From assembly GCA_035934385.1 (NCBI GenBank), contig DASYXY010000030.1:374-64373 (forward strand): a stretch of DNA of 64,000 bases, in the 5' to 3' direction. Shown piece after piece: positions 54,908-62,615 of this stretch (the first letter of the stretch is position 1; each line of letters starts with the position of its first letter). The notes under the pieces are model-generated. The model ran no database searches. It saw nothing but the letters and a program-made list of their open reading frames with translations, and had not been told where the DNA came from. The stretch comes from Candidatus Dormiibacterota bacterium. GTDB lineage: Bacteria > Chloroflexota > Dormibacteria > Dormibacterales > Dormibacteraceae. The translations under genes and the position numbers were made by a program.

Positions 54908-54936
54908 ATTGTAGCCGAACGGGTGTTCGCAGGCAA
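54908..54936 (-). promoter_or_regulatory. SOS promoter of the 121-aa gene (leaderless-type)
   Basis: Minus strand: TTGCCT - 17 nt - TACAAT. The spacer holds a perfect CGAACACCCGTTCG (54929-54916). 11 nt separate the -10 from ATG 54896. Confidence 0.7.
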
Positions 54937-54985
54937 GAGGCGCCGGGTTACGTTAACTGCCCTCTTCCCCGCCGCTCGGAGCCGG

Positions 54986-55567
54986 CTATGGAGCGAAGAT
55001 GCGGCACAGGCTCCCCGCCAGCGTGTCCGCGTCCGCGCCGGGATGGGTCAGGAAGTACGACACCGCTTCGTTGACCGCGCCGACCACCGCCCGGCCGAAG
55101 ATGACCGGGTCCTTGTCGGCGTAGAAAGAGTCGTGTGAGGTCGCATGCCGGACCTCTTCCGCCACCGCCGCCGCGAACCGGCCCTGGACCTCGTGGCGCA
55201 CCTCATCGACCGCCGCGCTCAAACCGACCGATTCGACGATCAGCAGCCTCGCGACGGTCGGGCGCTCGAAGCAGCCCACGACGAAGCGGGTGATGCCGAG
55301 GCGCAGCCGCTCGTGGTGGTCGTGTCCGGTCGCCGCAGCGGCCAGCACATCGCGGATCAGCTCGCCGCCTTCGGCGAGCAGGACCTCGCGGAAGCAGTGC
55401 TCCTTGGACGTGAAGTGCTCGTAGAAAGCCGACTTAGACATGCGCGCCCGCGCTACTACCGCGCCGACTGCCGTCTCCTCGTAACCGCGCTCTGCGAAGA
55501 GCTCAAGCGCGGCGTCCAACAGCCGGCGGCGCCGGTGGTCGAGCCGCGCGGCGCCGGCTGCTCGCAT
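54986..55567 (-). CDS. TetR/AcrR-family transcriptional regulator
   Basis: ATG 55567 gives MRAAGAARLDHRRRRLLDAALELFAERGYEETAVGAVVARARMSKSAFYEHF (HTH). It starts 5 nt after the acyl-CoA dehydrogenase stop. Confidence 0.85.
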   Translation of the reverse strand: MRAAGAARLDHRRRRLLDAALELFAERGYEETAVGAVVARARMSKSAFYEHFTSKEHCFREVLLAEGGELIRDVLAAAATGHDHHERLRLGITRFVVGCFERPTVARLLIVESVGLSAAVDEVRHEVQGRFAAAVAEEVRHATSHDSFYADKDPVIFGRAVVGAVNEAVSYFLTHPGADADTLAGSLCRIFAP

Positions 55568-55572
55568 CCGGA

Positions 55573-56766
55573 CTAGTCCCGCGCCAGCGCGCGGGAAATC
55601 ACCAGGCGCTGGATCTCCGAGGTGCCCTCGAAAAGGGTGTAGATCTTGGCGTCGCGGTGCCATTTCTCCACGGGGAAGTCGCGGATGTAGCCGTAGCCGC
55701 CGCAGATCTGGATCGCCTGCTCGGTGACCTTGACCGCCACCTCGCCGGCCTTCAGCTTGGCCATCGATCCTTCCGCCTTCTTGAACTCGCCGCCGCTGCG
55801 GCCCTCCCAGAGCGCGCGCCAGATGAGCGCGCGAGTGGCCTCGATCTCGGTCGCCATGTCGGCGAGCATGAAGGCGATCGCCTGGTTCTCGATGAGCGCC
55901 CGACCAAACTGTTTGCGCTCCTTCGCGTAATGGAGCGCGAACTCGAAGGCGGCGCGGGCGATGCCGAGGGCCTGCGCACCTACGATGGGGCGTGACAGCT
56001 CGAAAGTCTTCAAAGCCACCGACGACCGCTGGTGTGAGCCCTCGCGCGCGCGTGCCAGCTTGGCCTCGAGCTTCTCGACGCCGCCGAGCACGTTCTCGAG
56101 TGGGATCGTGCAGTCCTCCAGGAGCACCTCGGCGGTGTGGGAGGCGCGGATGCCCATCTTCTTTTCCTTCTTGCCCTGGCGGATGCCCTTGGTCCCAGGC
56201 GGCACCACGAAGCTCGCCTGGCCGCGCGTGCCGAGCTCTGGCTCGACCGCGGCGACCACGACATGGACGTCCGCGATTCCTCCGTTGGTGATGAAGATCT
56301 TCTGACCGTTGATCACCCAGTCGCCGTTCTTGCGCACGGCGCGGGTCTTCATCGACGACACATCCGAACCCGCGTCGGGCTCGGTCACGCAGAAGGCGCC
56401 GAGCGCCGGCTTGTCAACGGTGCCGTAACAGGCCGGGATCCACGTCGCGATCTGCTCCGGCGTGCCCTGCGAGAAGATCGCCGCGATTGGCAGCCCCGTG
56501 CCCTGGATCGCAAGCGCGATGCCGGCACAGCCCCACGTGAGCTCTTCAGACACCAGCGCCGGCATGATGCCGGTCGAGTCGGCGTACGTCTGCTGGAGGA
56601 AATCCACGCCGTACAGCCCGACCTCGGCCGCCTTCTTGACCACCGGCCAGGGGAACTCCTCGGTCTCGTCGTAATGGGCCGCCACCGGGCGGATCTCCTT
56701 CTCCGCGAAGGCGTGGACCCAATCCCGGATCTCACGCTGCTCGTCCGTCAGCTCGAAAGAAACCAT
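55573..56766 (-). CDS. acyl-CoA dehydrogenase
   Basis: ATG 56766 gives MVSFELTDEQREIRDW.... Contains CVTEPDAGSD and ends GGYGYIRDFPVEKWHRDAKIYTLFEGTSEIQR. Confidence 0.9.
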   Translation of the reverse strand: MVSFELTDEQREIRDWVHAFAEKEIRPVAAHYDETEEFPWPVVKKAAEVGLYGVDFLQQTYADSTGIMPALVSEELTWGCAGIALAIQGTGLPIAAIFSQGTPEQIATWIPACYGTVDKPALGAFCVTEPDAGSDVSSMKTRAVRKNGDWVINGQKIFITNGGIADVHVVVAAVEPELGTRGQASFVVPPGTKGIRQGKKEKKMGIRASHTAEVLLEDCTIPLENVLGGVEKLEAKLARAREGSHQRSSVALKTFELSRPIVGAQALGIARAAFEFALHYAKERKQFGRALIENQAIAFMLADMATEIEATRALIWRALWEGRSGGEFKKAEGSMAKLKAGEVAVKVTEQAIQICGGYGYIRDFPVEKWHRDAKIYTLFEGTSEIQRLVISRALARD

Positions 56767-56801
56767 GCCTTTTCGCGCTCCTCGTTGCTGGTTCCACGTT
56801 T

Positions 56802-56817
56802 GGTACCCGCGGGTACC
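56802..56817. promoter_or_regulatory. 16-bp perfect palindrome upstream of the acyl-CoA dehydrogenase-TetR operon (candidate operator)
   Basis: GGTACCCGCGGGTACC, 36 nt upstream of ATG 56766. Confidence 0.35.
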
Positions 56818-56866
56818 GTTTCTGCACGGGGACGTTACGCCGCGCTGCGTCATCGTGTCAATGCGT

Positions 56867-57268
56867 TTACGAGGAAGGCGTGGGCGGCTCGGGTTCGCGG
56901 GTCGACAGCGCCCGCTGCAGGAGCAGGAGCGCGGCGCCGATGTAGAAGGCTCCGAACACGCGGGCCAGGAGCCCGCTCTCGAGGTGCACAGCGAGCAGCG
57001 CACCGCTGACGGCGCCCACCACGCCCGCCCCGCCAAGCCACCAGGCGGCGGTGACGTCGGCGTTGCCCTGGCGCAGGTGCGTGATCCCACCGACCAGGGC
57101 AGTGGGCACGATGGCCGCAAGCGACGTGCCCTGGGCGACCGTCTGGACCAGGCGAAAGCCGATGGTCAGGATCGGCACGAAGACCAGGCCGCCGCCGACG
57201 CCGATGGCGCCGCTCAGCAGGCCTGCGGCCAAGCCCCCGATTACGGCCGCCACATCGTGGAGCGTCAA
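56867..57268 (-). CDS. TauE/SafE-family anion exporter, C-terminal half (separate ORF)
   Basis: TTG 57268 overlaps the stop of the N-half ORF (TTGA). LTLHDVAAVIGGLAAGLLSGAIGVGGGLVFVPIL... is the second repeat of the TauE fold. Confidence 0.65.
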   Translation of the reverse strand: MTLHDVAAVIGGLAAGLLSGAIGVGGGLVFVPILTIGFRLVQTVAQGTSLAAIVPTALVGGITHLRQGNADVTAAWWLGGAGVVGAVSGALLAVHLESGLLARVFGAFYIGAALLLLQRALSTREPEPPTPSS

Positions 57269-57633
57269 GGGAGCAGCACCTGCTTGATCCCAACGAGCGC
57301 CATCAGGACTGCCACTCCGATGCGAAGCGGCCGCTCGGGAATGCTCTTCAGCGCCCGTGCGCCGATGTAGGCGCCGACCATGCTGCCGATGACGAGGAAC
57401 AGCGCCACCCGCAGGTCCATCTGCGGCGCGCCCGCGCGAAAGTAGTAGATGGGAAACGCGGCGACGGCGATGGGGATGATCGCCACAAGGGAGGTGGCAT
57501 TCGCCTGCCTCTGGCTGAGCCCGGCCCAAAGCACCAGCAGCGGGATCATCACAAACCCGCCGCCGACGCCGAACAACCCGCCCAGAAACCCGCCGAGAAA
57601 CCCGATCGCCGAGAACCGGGCCGGCCGGCCTAT
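57265..57633 (-). CDS. TauE/SafE-family anion exporter, N-terminal half (separate ORF), probable ATA start
   Basis: The first TM and the G-x-GGG motif (FSAIGFLGGFLGGLFGVGGGFVMIPLL) extend upstream of TTG 57576. ATA 57633 overlaps the stop of the upstream small ORF as ATAG. Confidence 0.6.
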   Translation of the reverse strand: MGRPARFSAIGFLGGFLGGLFGVGGGFVMIPLLVLWAGLSQRQANATSLVAIIPIAVAAFPIYYFRAGAPQMDLRVALFLVIGSMVGAYIGARALKSIPERPLRIGVAVLMALVGIKQVLLP

Positions 57634-57791
57634 TCCCCGGACCTGGGTGGTGTGGGCGTAGGCGGCTGCGGCTGGTTCGTCACCACCGAGTGATGGCGGA
57701 ACTGCACGTCCGCCGCGGCGGCGCCGCCCGGCTGCTTGGCCTTCTTCTTTTTCTTAACTTCGCGGCCTTGCTTGTTTCGGCCTTTTGCCAT
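57630..57791 (-). CDS. hypothetical Lys-rich 53-aa protein
   Basis: ATG 57791 gives MAKGRNKQGREVKKKKKAKQPGG...PQPPTPTPP. It has an A-rich Lys run in a high-GC genome. It overlaps the 3' end of the LOR/SDH gene by 38 nt. Confidence 0.35.
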   Translation of the reverse strand: MAKGRNKQGREVKKKKKAKQPGGAAAADVQFRHHSVVTNQPQPPTPTPPRSGE

Positions 57792-59022
57792 GGGCCTCAG
57801 TTTCAAGGACAAGGGCCAGTTCGCGCAAGAAGGATTCGACGTCCGTAACCAGGCCGATCGACTGCCAGGTGCCCCGATCGGCCAGCTTGGTCACCACCGC
57901 GGGGTTGATGTCGACGCAGACGGTCCTGACGCCCGCCGGCAGCATGTTGCCCGTGGCGATCGAATGCAGCATCGTCGAGAGCATCAGCGCCATCCGCACG
58001 CCGCCGAGGCTGGCGCGCATTCGTTGCTGGGCGGCGACCATGTCCGTGATCACGTCGGGCAGCGGCCCGTCGTCGCGTATCGACCCGGCCAGCACCATGT
58101 CGACCCCGTGCTCGATGGCCGATTTCATGATGCCGCTGCGCAGCTGGCCGCTCTCGACCATCTGCCTCAGGCCGCCGGCCGCACGCACCCGATTGATGGC
58201 CCGCATGTGATGCTCGTGCCCGTGCTCGCTCGGCGCACCGCTCTCGATGTTGATGCCGAGCGCCGTGCCGAACAGCGCCGCTTCGACATCGTGCACCGCG
58301 AGCGCATTGCCCGCGAAGAGGACCTGAACGTAACCGAGCTCGATCAGCTGCGAGAGGTACCGGCTGGCGCCTGTATGCACGACCGCCGGCCCCGCGACGA
58401 CCGCGATCCGGCCGCCGTGGTCGCGGATGCTCTTCATCTCCGCGGCGATCGCCCCGATGAGCACCTTCTTCGGCTTTTCGGCCGAGACCTCGCTCGCCAT
58501 GAAGCTGAAGATCTCGGTCTTGCGTGAGCGCTCCAGCGGGGTCACGCGCACACCTTCGTATCCGACGACGACCTCGGTCCCGACGGTTGCGCCCTGGAAA
58601 ACGATGCAGCGCGCGCGTCTCATCCGGCGGTCGACCGCGATAGCCGCGTCCATCTCGATGTTCTCGACTGTTATCCACGATCCATCGAGAAACACCTCCG
58701 TGGGCAGGTTGCTCGTCGAGTAGAAGCCTTCCGGGAAGACACCCTCTTTGATCACGCGCTCGAAACGAACCGGCCGCTCGGACTCGGAGGCAGCACCGAG
58801 CGCGCGCGCGCCCTTCACGATCCTGTCGAGCTGCTCGGAGGTGGACGCGACAACCTCCATGCGGCAGTAGGACGTGTCGGTCTTGTGCTGGCCGACGCGG
58901 AGCTCTTCGACTGTGAAGTTCCCGCCGAGGTCCATGACCAGGTCCATCACCTGCGGAAGGATCATCGAGTCGATGATGTGACCCGTCAGCACCAGCTTCG
59001 CCTTGTGCCGAGCTTCCGTCAC
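57754..59022 (-). CDS. LOR/SDH-domain protein (TIGR00300-like; archaeal-type ornithine cyclodeaminase-like)
   Basis: GTG 59022 gives TEARHKAKLVLTGHIIDSMILPQVMDLVMDLGG...VVAGPAVVHTGA...LFAGNALAVHD, recalled as the TIGR00300 pattern. Confidence 0.65.
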   Translation of the reverse strand: MTEARHKAKLVLTGHIIDSMILPQVMDLVMDLGGNFTVEELRVGQHKTDTSYCRMEVVASTSEQLDRIVKGARALGAASESERPVRFERVIKEGVFPEGFYSTSNLPTEVFLDGSWITVENIEMDAAIAVDRRMRRARCIVFQGATVGTEVVVGYEGVRVTPLERSRKTEIFSFMASEVSAEKPKKVLIGAIAAEMKSIRDHGGRIAVVAGPAVVHTGASRYLSQLIELGYVQVLFAGNALAVHDVEAALFGTALGINIESGAPSEHGHEHHMRAINRVRAAGGLRQMVESGQLRSGIMKSAIEHGVDMVLAGSIRDDGPLPDVITDMVAAQQRMRASLGGVRMALMLSTMLHSIATGNMLPAGVRTVCVDINPAVVTKLADRGTWQSIGLVTDVESFLRELALVLETEAHGKRPKQARPRS

Positions 59023-59023
59023 A

Positions 59024-60046
59024 TCAAGCTTCCCAGCGGACGGTGATCCGACCTTTGACTCCAGGCAGGGGCATGGCCTCGGACTCCGCCTCGACCGCTT
59101 CTCGCGCCGCTCGAGACAGGCGTTTCCACGCTTGGACCGTGACGGTCGCGGCTGCGCGGCGCCACGTCCCCACAATCTCCCCCCCAACGAGCAATGCCCC
59201 CGGCCAGACGCGCGAGGGCCACAGGGCCGCCCTGTGGGCGGCGTCTGGGATCAGCAGCTCGCGATCCTGCCCCTGGAGAAGAAAGTAGGCATCGCCGCTG
59301 GGCAGCAGTCGGGCGGGCGCGGCGAGTGCGGCTGGGGCATGGATCTCCGGCTCGTCAGCCGCGAGGATCCACGCGTCACCGATCGGTGTCCGCACGGCAG
59401 TCAGCGACTTGCGAAGCTCATCGAACACCGCCAGGGCCGAACGTGGGTTGATGCCGGCCCAACGAGCAAACGACCCGGCTGTGGTGGGTCCGTACACGTG
59501 CAGGTAGCGGCGCGCCAGCTCGAGGCGGGCTGCCCTGGGGTCTACTTCGGGGGCCGCCACCAACCGGAGCGTGGGCTGGCGGGCGCCATCCCACCGGATG
59601 ACGATCGTGCCGGTGGGGGCGGCGAATTTGAGGCTGTTGGGCTTCACCCCGACCCCGCGCGCCGCCTCACGCTCGGTCATCGGAGCGCCGTTGAGGACCT
59701 CGCGCAGGCGGCCGGCGACACTTTCCGCCCACCGCCGACCCGGCGCGTCATCCGGCATCCGCCCCAGCGTGAACACGGCGAGGTCGCGGCGCGGCACGAC
59801 AAAGACGCTGTACCGCGGCCCCCAGATCTGGACGAGCGAGGAATCTGTCCAGGTGTCCGGCCTGGTTCCCCGCACGCGGGCGTTGATCGACAGCGCTGCC
59901 GCACGGGGCATGCTGTCCTGGAGTCCCGCCCAGGCCGCGCGCCGCAGAGATCCCGGTCCCGGAGCAAGCCTCTCGTCGAGCGCCCCGACGCGGCGGCGAA
60001 AAGCCAGGACCTGCGACCGCGTGACCTTGAGCCGCGTATCGGTCAT
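59024..60046 (-). CDS. winged-helix DNA-binding protein, AlkZ/YcaQ-like (DUF1006)
   Basis: ATG 60046 (ATGA overlap with the pyrF stop). LKVTRSQVLAFRRR...AGLQDSMPRAAALSINARV...ELARRYLHVYGPTT...GDAYFLL are typical of this family. Confidence 0.7.
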   Translation of the reverse strand: MTDTRLKVTRSQVLAFRRRVGALDERLAPGPGSLRRAAWAGLQDSMPRAAALSINARVRGTRPDTWTDSSLVQIWGPRYSVFVVPRRDLAVFTLGRMPDDAPGRRWAESVAGRLREVLNGAPMTEREAARGVGVKPNSLKFAAPTGTIVIRWDGARQPTLRLVAAPEVDPRAARLELARRYLHVYGPTTAGSFARWAGINPRSALAVFDELRKSLTAVRTPIGDAWILAADEPEIHAPAALAAPARLLPSGDAYFLLQGQDRELLIPDAAHRAALWPSRVWPGALLVGGEIVGTWRRAAATVTVQAWKRLSRAAREAVEAESEAMPLPGVKGRITVRWEA

Positions 60047-60849
60047 GTAAGCCTGCCGATGACGGCGTTGATCTCCGCGCGTATGCCCGCGGCGGCGCGT
60101 GAAGGGTTGCGGTCGAAGAGGATCGCCCGACTCACCGAAATCAGACAAGAGGCAGGGTCACCGTTCCATGCGGCTCTGACCGACGCCTGAACGTCGCCAC
60201 CCTGCACGCCAACGCCGGGGACCAGGAACGGGAGCCCCGAGATCTTGCGCACGTCAGCGACAGCGGAGGGTGCAGTTGCTCCGACGACAAGGCCGATGTT
60301 GCCGTGCCCATTGGCACGCTCTGCCATGTCCGCGACGCGAAGGAACAGCGGCGCTCCGCCCGCGTCGAGGTGCTGCAGATCCTCCGCGCCCGGGTTGGAG
60401 CTGCGACACACGACGTACACCCCGCGGTCCTCGTAACGCGTGAACTCGTCAAGCGAGTCGGTGCCGAAGTATGGGCTGACGGTCGCCGCGTCCATGGCAA
60501 GCGTCTTGAAGACCGCATACGCATACGCCTTCATCGTGTTGCCCATGTCGCCACGCTTGGCGTCGAGCAGGAACGGCGTCTGGGCGAACTCCGCGTGCAG
60601 CTCCATGAGCGCCTTCCAGCCGTCAGGCCCGTACTGCTCCCAGAACGCGCTGTTCGGCTTGAAGCAGCATGCGAGCTCTTCTGTCTGGCGAGCGACCTCA
60701 CGGCAGTGGCGCAGCGCCCCCGCGGCAGCGCCGTCGATGCGCTCGGGGTCCGGATCCAGGCCGACGCACAGCATCGTTCCCCGCTCTTTGGAGAGCGCGC
60801 GCAAACGTTCGAAGAAGGCCAAGGCAGAACCAATGGTAGTTCGGGCCAA
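60043..60849 (-). CDS. pyrF: orotidine-5'-phosphate decarboxylase, type 2
   Basis: LCVGLDPDP, FLLDAKRGDMGNT, LVPGVGVQGG. Confidence 0.9.
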   Translation of the reverse strand: MARTTIGSALAFFERLRALSKERGTMLCVGLDPDPERIDGAAAGALRHCREVARQTEELACCFKPNSAFWEQYGPDGWKALMELHAEFAQTPFLLDAKRGDMGNTMKAYAYAVFKTLAMDAATVSPYFGTDSLDEFTRYEDRGVYVVCRSSNPGAEDLQHLDAGGAPLFLRVADMAERANGHGNIGLVVGATAPSAVADVRKISGLPFLVPGVGVQGGDVQASVRAAWNGDPASCLISVSRAILFDRNPSRAAAGIRAEINAVIGRLT

Positions 60850-60867
60850 ACCTCAGAATTGAGTTCG

Positions 60868-62613
60868 ATGGAGCGCGTGCTGCGGGTCGCCCTGGCCCAG
60901 GTCAACCCCATCGTGGGCGACCTCGAGGGCAACGCGCGACTCATAACCAACCGCATCGCGGAGGCACGCGACAAGGGCGCCGATGTGGTGTGCTTCCCCG
61001 AGCTGGTGCTCACCGGCTATCCGCCTGAGGACCTCGTCCTCAAGCCGAGCTTTGTGCGCGACAACCTGAAGCAGCTGGAGGCGGTGGTCGCCGCCACCGC
61101 GGGAATCTCGGCGGTGGTCGGCTTCGTCGACGACGACGGCGAGATCTACAACGCCGCGGCCTTCATCCACGACCGCGAGCTCAAAGCTGTCTACCACAAG
61201 GTTTTCCTTCCCAACTACGGCGTCTTCGACGAGGAGCGCTACTTCGCGGTAGGGCACCGCTGTCCGATCTTCGAGCTTGAGGGCATTCGGATCTCGGTCA
61301 GCATCTGCGAAGACTGCTGGTACCCGGCGGGCCCCATGGCCTGGCAGGCGGACCATGGCGCCGAGGTGCTCATCAACATCAATGGCTCCCCGTACCACGC
61401 AGGCAAGCGCGTCGAGCGGGAGAGGATGGTCGCCGAGCGTGCCGCCGACTACGGCGCTTTCGTCGCCTACGTCAACACTGTGGGTGGGCAGGACGAGCTC
61501 GTGTTCGACGGCAACAGCGTGGTGTTCGGTCCTCGCGGCGAGATGCTCGCCCACGCCTCGTCCTTCACCGACGAGCTGCTGCTCTGCGACATCAACGCCG
61601 GCGCAGTGCCTTTCCACCGGCCGCTCGAGAAGATCCGGCACGAGGCCGAGGGTGCGGCGCGGCTGGAGCTGGAGGTGACCGATATCCTCCTGCAGGGGGC
61701 CAGACCGGCAAAGCGCGCCACGATCGCGCCACGCATGGCGACGCCGCTCGAAGGCGCGGCCGAGATCTACACCGCCGTGGTGCTGGGCACCCACGACTAC
61801 GTCCACAAGCAGAACTTCAAGAAAGTGCTCATCGGCATGTCCGGCGGCGTGGACTCGGCCCTGACGGCGGCCGTCGCCGCCGACGCGCTCGGGCCCGAGA
61901 ACGTCATCGGCGTGCGCATGCCGTCGCGCCACACATCGGCCGAGAGCCTCGAAGACGCGGGCGCGGTCGCGGAGGCGCTTGGCATCCAGCTGCTGGACTT
62001 TCCGATCGAGCCCGCCCATCACGGGTTCGAAGAGATCGTCGCCGGCGCGTTCAAGGGCACCAAAGCCGGGATCGCGGAGGAGAACATCCAGCCGCGAATC
62101 CGCATGACGATCCTCCACGCGCTTTCCAACAAGCTGGGCTACATCGTGCTCAGCACCGGCAACAAGTCCGAGCTCGCGACGGGGTACGGCACGCTGTACG
62201 GCGACATCGCCGGCGGCTACGCAGTGCTGAAGGACCTGACCAAGACGACTGTCTACGACCTGTGCCGCTATCGCAACTCCCTCGGCCAGGTGATCCCGGA
62301 ACGGGTGATCACCAAGCCGCCATCCGCGGAGCTCAAGCCTGGCCAGCGCGACACCGACAGCCTGCCCCCGTACGAAAAGCTCGACCCGATCCTGCAGGGC
62401 TACGTGGAGCAGGACCTGAGCCCCGAGGAGCTCGTGGCGGCCGGACACGACCCGGCCACCGTGGCGGGCGTGATCGAGCTTGTCGACCGCAGCGAGTACA
62501 AGCGCCGCCAGGCGCCACCAGGCGTCAAGATCACGCCCCGCGCGTTCGGCCGCGATCGCCGGATGCCCATCGTCAATCGCTACAGCCCGAACGGAGCGCG
62601 GTCCACCAGCTAG
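60868..62613 (+). CDS. nadE: glutamine-dependent NAD+ synthetase
   Basis: ATG 60868 gives MERVLRVALAQVNPIVGDLEGN (CN-hydrolase domain, catalytic EDCW region). C-terminal synthetase domain GMSGGVDSAL. The ORF-track N-terminal extension is antisense to pyrF. Confidence 0.9.
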   Translation: MERVLRVALAQVNPIVGDLEGNARLITNRIAEARDKGADVVCFPELVLTGYPPEDLVLKPSFVRDNLKQLEAVVAATAGISAVVGFVDDDGEIYNAAAFIHDRELKAVYHKVFLPNYGVFDEERYFAVGHRCPIFELEGIRISVSICEDCWYPAGPMAWQADHGAEVLININGSPYHAGKRVERERMVAERAADYGAFVAYVNTVGGQDELVFDGNSVVFGPRGEMLAHASSFTDELLLCDINAGAVPFHRPLEKIRHEAEGAARLELEVTDILLQGARPAKRATIAPRMATPLEGAAEIYTAVVLGTHDYVHKQNFKKVLIGMSGGVDSALTAAVAADALGPENVIGVRMPSRHTSAESLEDAGAVAEALGIQLLDFPIEPAHHGFEEIVAGAFKGTKAGIAEENIQPRIRMTILHALSNKLGYIVLSTGNKSELATGYGTLYGDIAGGYAVLKDLTKTTVYDLCRYRNSLGQVIPERVITKPPSAELKPGQRDTDSLPPYEKLDPILQGYVEQDLSPEELVAAGHDPATVAGVIELVDRSEYKRRQAPPGVKITPRAFGRDRRMPIVNRYSPNGARSTS

Positions 62614-62615
62614 GC

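Noticed and set aside
59003-60190. 395-aa ORF on the plus strand
   Set aside because: It is antisense to the AlkZ-like gene and Arg/Pro/Gly-rich. The minus-strand product has family-typical motifs and operon-consistent start/stop overlaps.
60853-62448. 531-aa ORF on the minus strand
   Set aside because: It is a shadow frame antisense to nadE.
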